Notes under the pieces: model-generated
Database searches by the model: none
What the model was told of the DNA's origin: nothing
The model's input: the letters and a program-made list of their open reading frames with translations, nothing else
Translations under genes and position numbers: made by a program
Part shown: piece by piece, positions 18,002 to 20,000 of the stretch
Layout: the number at the start of each line of letters is the position of its first letter
Position numbering within the stretch: position 1 is the stretch's first letter
DNA from: Gonapodya sp. JEL0774
Lineage: Eukaryota
Direction of reading: 5' to 3'
DNA: 20,000 nt
NCBI GenBank assembly: GCA_027604505.1
Contig: JADIIX010000115.1
Location: forward strand, 50,798 to 70,797

Positions 18002-19199
18002 TCACTGCTCTACAGTGAGGGCAACAAACTTCAAAACCGCCTGCCGAAACAGTTGGTGACTGTTCTCCACCCTGTTCAAATCACTGTTGATATCTTCCAG
18101 CGTATAACCACTTGTGTAATTACTTTCCCAAATGGCCTAGTTAGAGCAGAGATAAAATCACATTCAAAGCAAAACAAAGAGAACACCTGCTGTTACTCTC
18201 ACCTGGTGCACTGGATGATTTGCAAGTAAAGCTGTGAGCGAGCGAGTAACTCGCTCATTTTAGTGCTACTCATAACTCGCTCACTCAGTTGTAGAAATAG
18301 TCAACTCATAACTCGCACACTCAAATTTGTGGCAACTCGCGAGTTGACATATGCCACTTATTTTGTATAACCGAAACAGCTCATCGATCAACAAACCACA
18401 TCCTGGGACCAGCACCCAGGAAGCGTCTGTGCTCCTTCTTCTAACCAATACCCCATTCACTATCATGTAGAGATAAAATCAATTATACAGCTTTACATGT
18501 CATTGAAGCCATGGGGTGGTGTGTGGGGGGTGAATTTCGAGACGTGGTTCGAGCAAGTAACTCGCGAGTTTTACGAAATTCAACTCGCAACTCGCTCAAT
18601 TTGTGTAAACCCAACTTGCTCGCCACTTGCCGAGTTCAACTTGCCAAGTCAGCAAGTTTCAACTCGCTCACTCAGGGCTTTATTTGCAAGGGGATCAAAT
18701 TCCTTGTCAAAAACACAGCTCATGTGGCCCCCTGCTTCCTCATACAGCTGAACAGCCTCCTGGACTGTGGGAATTTGATGGGGGAGGATTGGTGCAGTTT
18801 GGCGACACATGGGAATTGCTACATCAGGGATGCAGCCCCGCAGACCTGGGACTCTCTGGAATCGAGTTGTTGTGAGTTAGAGAGATTCGCAGAGAAACTA
18901 TGCAAAGGGTGACTTCGGAGACACAGAACATGTGAATGGGGTTCTTGGCAGGGAAAATTAGACCTGCCTGAAGTGTCCAGTCCGGATTCCTTCGCAGAGG
19001 TTCTTCAATTCGCTGTTTGATCTGAATCCATGGTGGTTCCACTGGTGTGTTGCGGATACTTTCCACAAGATGAACAGGTGTGTGTGTTTGATCCAGATGG
19101 TGGTGGGCGACAAGGGTTTGAACAAATGTGACTAGGCAAGCCTCAGTTCCCTTATCTGCCTGAATGTTATCCCAAAGACCCCATTCCAAGACTGCAGGC
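18002..19199 (-). pseudogene. C-terminal half of an integrase-core (IS3/IS481-like, probably IS3EU-type) DDE transposase; frameshifted and interrupted by a hAT insertion
   Basis: RPAVLEWGLWDNIQADKGTEACLVTFVQ...VESIRNTPVEPPWIQIKQRIEEPL contains the D-x-G-x-E and S-x-x-N-x-x-x-E-x-x-W integrase motifs. It continues FCVSEVTL, frameshifts near 18864, then RVPGLRGCIPD...IPTVQEAVQLYEEAGGHM...FDPLA|NHPVHQ, intron 18202-18137, ...LFRQAVLKFVALTVEQ* (TGA 18004-18002). I could not find the 5' exons. Confidence 0.72.
18227..18682. mobile_element. Non-autonomous hAT-type element (MITE-like), 456 bp
   Basis: 21-bp TIRs TAAAGCTGTGAGCGAGCGAGT and (reverse complement) TAAAGCCCTGAGTGAGCGAGT, 18/21 identical. 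Exact 8-bp TSD TTTGCAAG at 18219-18226 and 18683-18690. Eight exact plus-strand AACTCGC subterminal repeats plus decayed variants. Confidence 0.9.
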
Positions 19200-20000
19200 C
19201 TGTCAAAGAGATCAGACAAGTGTGACTTCCAACCATGCAAGAATCTTGACAACTCTAGTTTAAACTTGTTCCGTTGGCACACCCTGACACAACTGGGCAT
19301 TCCCTGTGTTCCAGAAGCACCTACCAATAAACATCTGGAACACCAAATGCCACTGCCTCCAGAGGTTCTTCTCCTATAGAGCTATTCTCCAGATGAGCAA
19401 ATAGAAGTGCGTGAAGGGAAAAGGTGGCTCGGAGAAAGCTGTGTGTTGTCGGTAGGTTAGAACGTCGTGTTGGCAGAGGAAACACCAGGATGGAGATGCT
19501 GCTGACACAAGAGCATAGCTTCAAGAAGCATGGACAAGCATTTTGCTTGTGGAAAGACACACTGCCTTGTCCTTTACGGGTTTGGTGTGTGGGGATTCAG
19601 AACCAGGAGAGTCGGGATGTGGAGCCATAATAGCAGGTCAGTAGCCCCTCACCGACCCCGGAGCATTCTAAAAATTGGTCTTTCAAGACATTAGCCTGAA
19701 ATATTTTCACACAGTGCGGTGGCATGAAATGTGTGATGGTTTTGGTGTCTGTTTGGCAGACCACTGGTAGGTCTATGTTAGAACACCTGTAGTGGCGACA
19801 CCATTCCGGTTGGGAGAGTATGTATCCAGAAACAACAGCACAAATGCAGAGAATGTCGTGGGTAAAAATGGAATTGGTCGGAGTTGTGGGTTTGTGGATT
19901 CGAACCCAGATCAAACTGTACAGGTGTGGTGTACTGGGCACCTGGGGTGACCACAGTCCTGAGATGCCTGTAGGTAGTCATATATGTATTGGAAGATCTA

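Noticed and set aside
17743..18667. CRISPR-like array from the 30-bp duplication or the AACTCGC repeats
   Set aside because: Eukaryotic context, no regular repeat-spacer period, and both are explained as a tandem duplication and hAT subterminal repeats.
12035..19286. CAGGGT...ACCCTG as the termini of one large hAT element
   Set aside because: Only 6 bp match and the flanks (GTGGGTGG versus ACACAACT) are not a TSD.
19260..20000. Short ORFs on both strands as the missing 5' part of the transposase or another gene
   Set aside because: I found no first catalytic-Asp or HTH motif and no coherent spliced frame, so the region is left unassigned.

Overview
Eukaryotic, intron-rich DNA (about 50% GC, mostly 60-110 nt GT-AG introns), most consistent with a fungus, probably an early-diverging lineage; the taxon is inferred, not established. 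Bases 1-11.7 kb are a compact block of intact host genes that I reconstructed by hand-splicing: the 3' end of a WAPL-like cohesin release factor, a cytosolic-type seryl-tRNA synthetase (9 exons), a SLAC1/TehA-family anion channel, a DUF952 protein (minus strand), an HHE/hemerythrin protein and an importin-13-like karyopherin (13 exons). From about 12.0 kb to the end is a CpG-depleted zone of decaying mobile DNA: a RING-finger pseudogene (+), a convergent integrase-core (IS3/IS481-like) transposase pseudogene (-) interrupted by a 456-bp non-autonomous hAT element with an 8-bp TSD, and degraded gene fragments between them. The most interesting unexplained signal is intron 1 of the SerRS gene. 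It is 323 nt long, holds a ~26-bp hairpin whose non-Watson-Crick pairs are all G-U, a second multibranch domain, two canonical YAG acceptors that lead straight to stop codons, and a weak GAG productive acceptor. This is a candidate structure-controlled unproductive-splicing (autoregulatory) switch. A stop-free, non-AUG N-terminal extension of the same gene is a second candidate.
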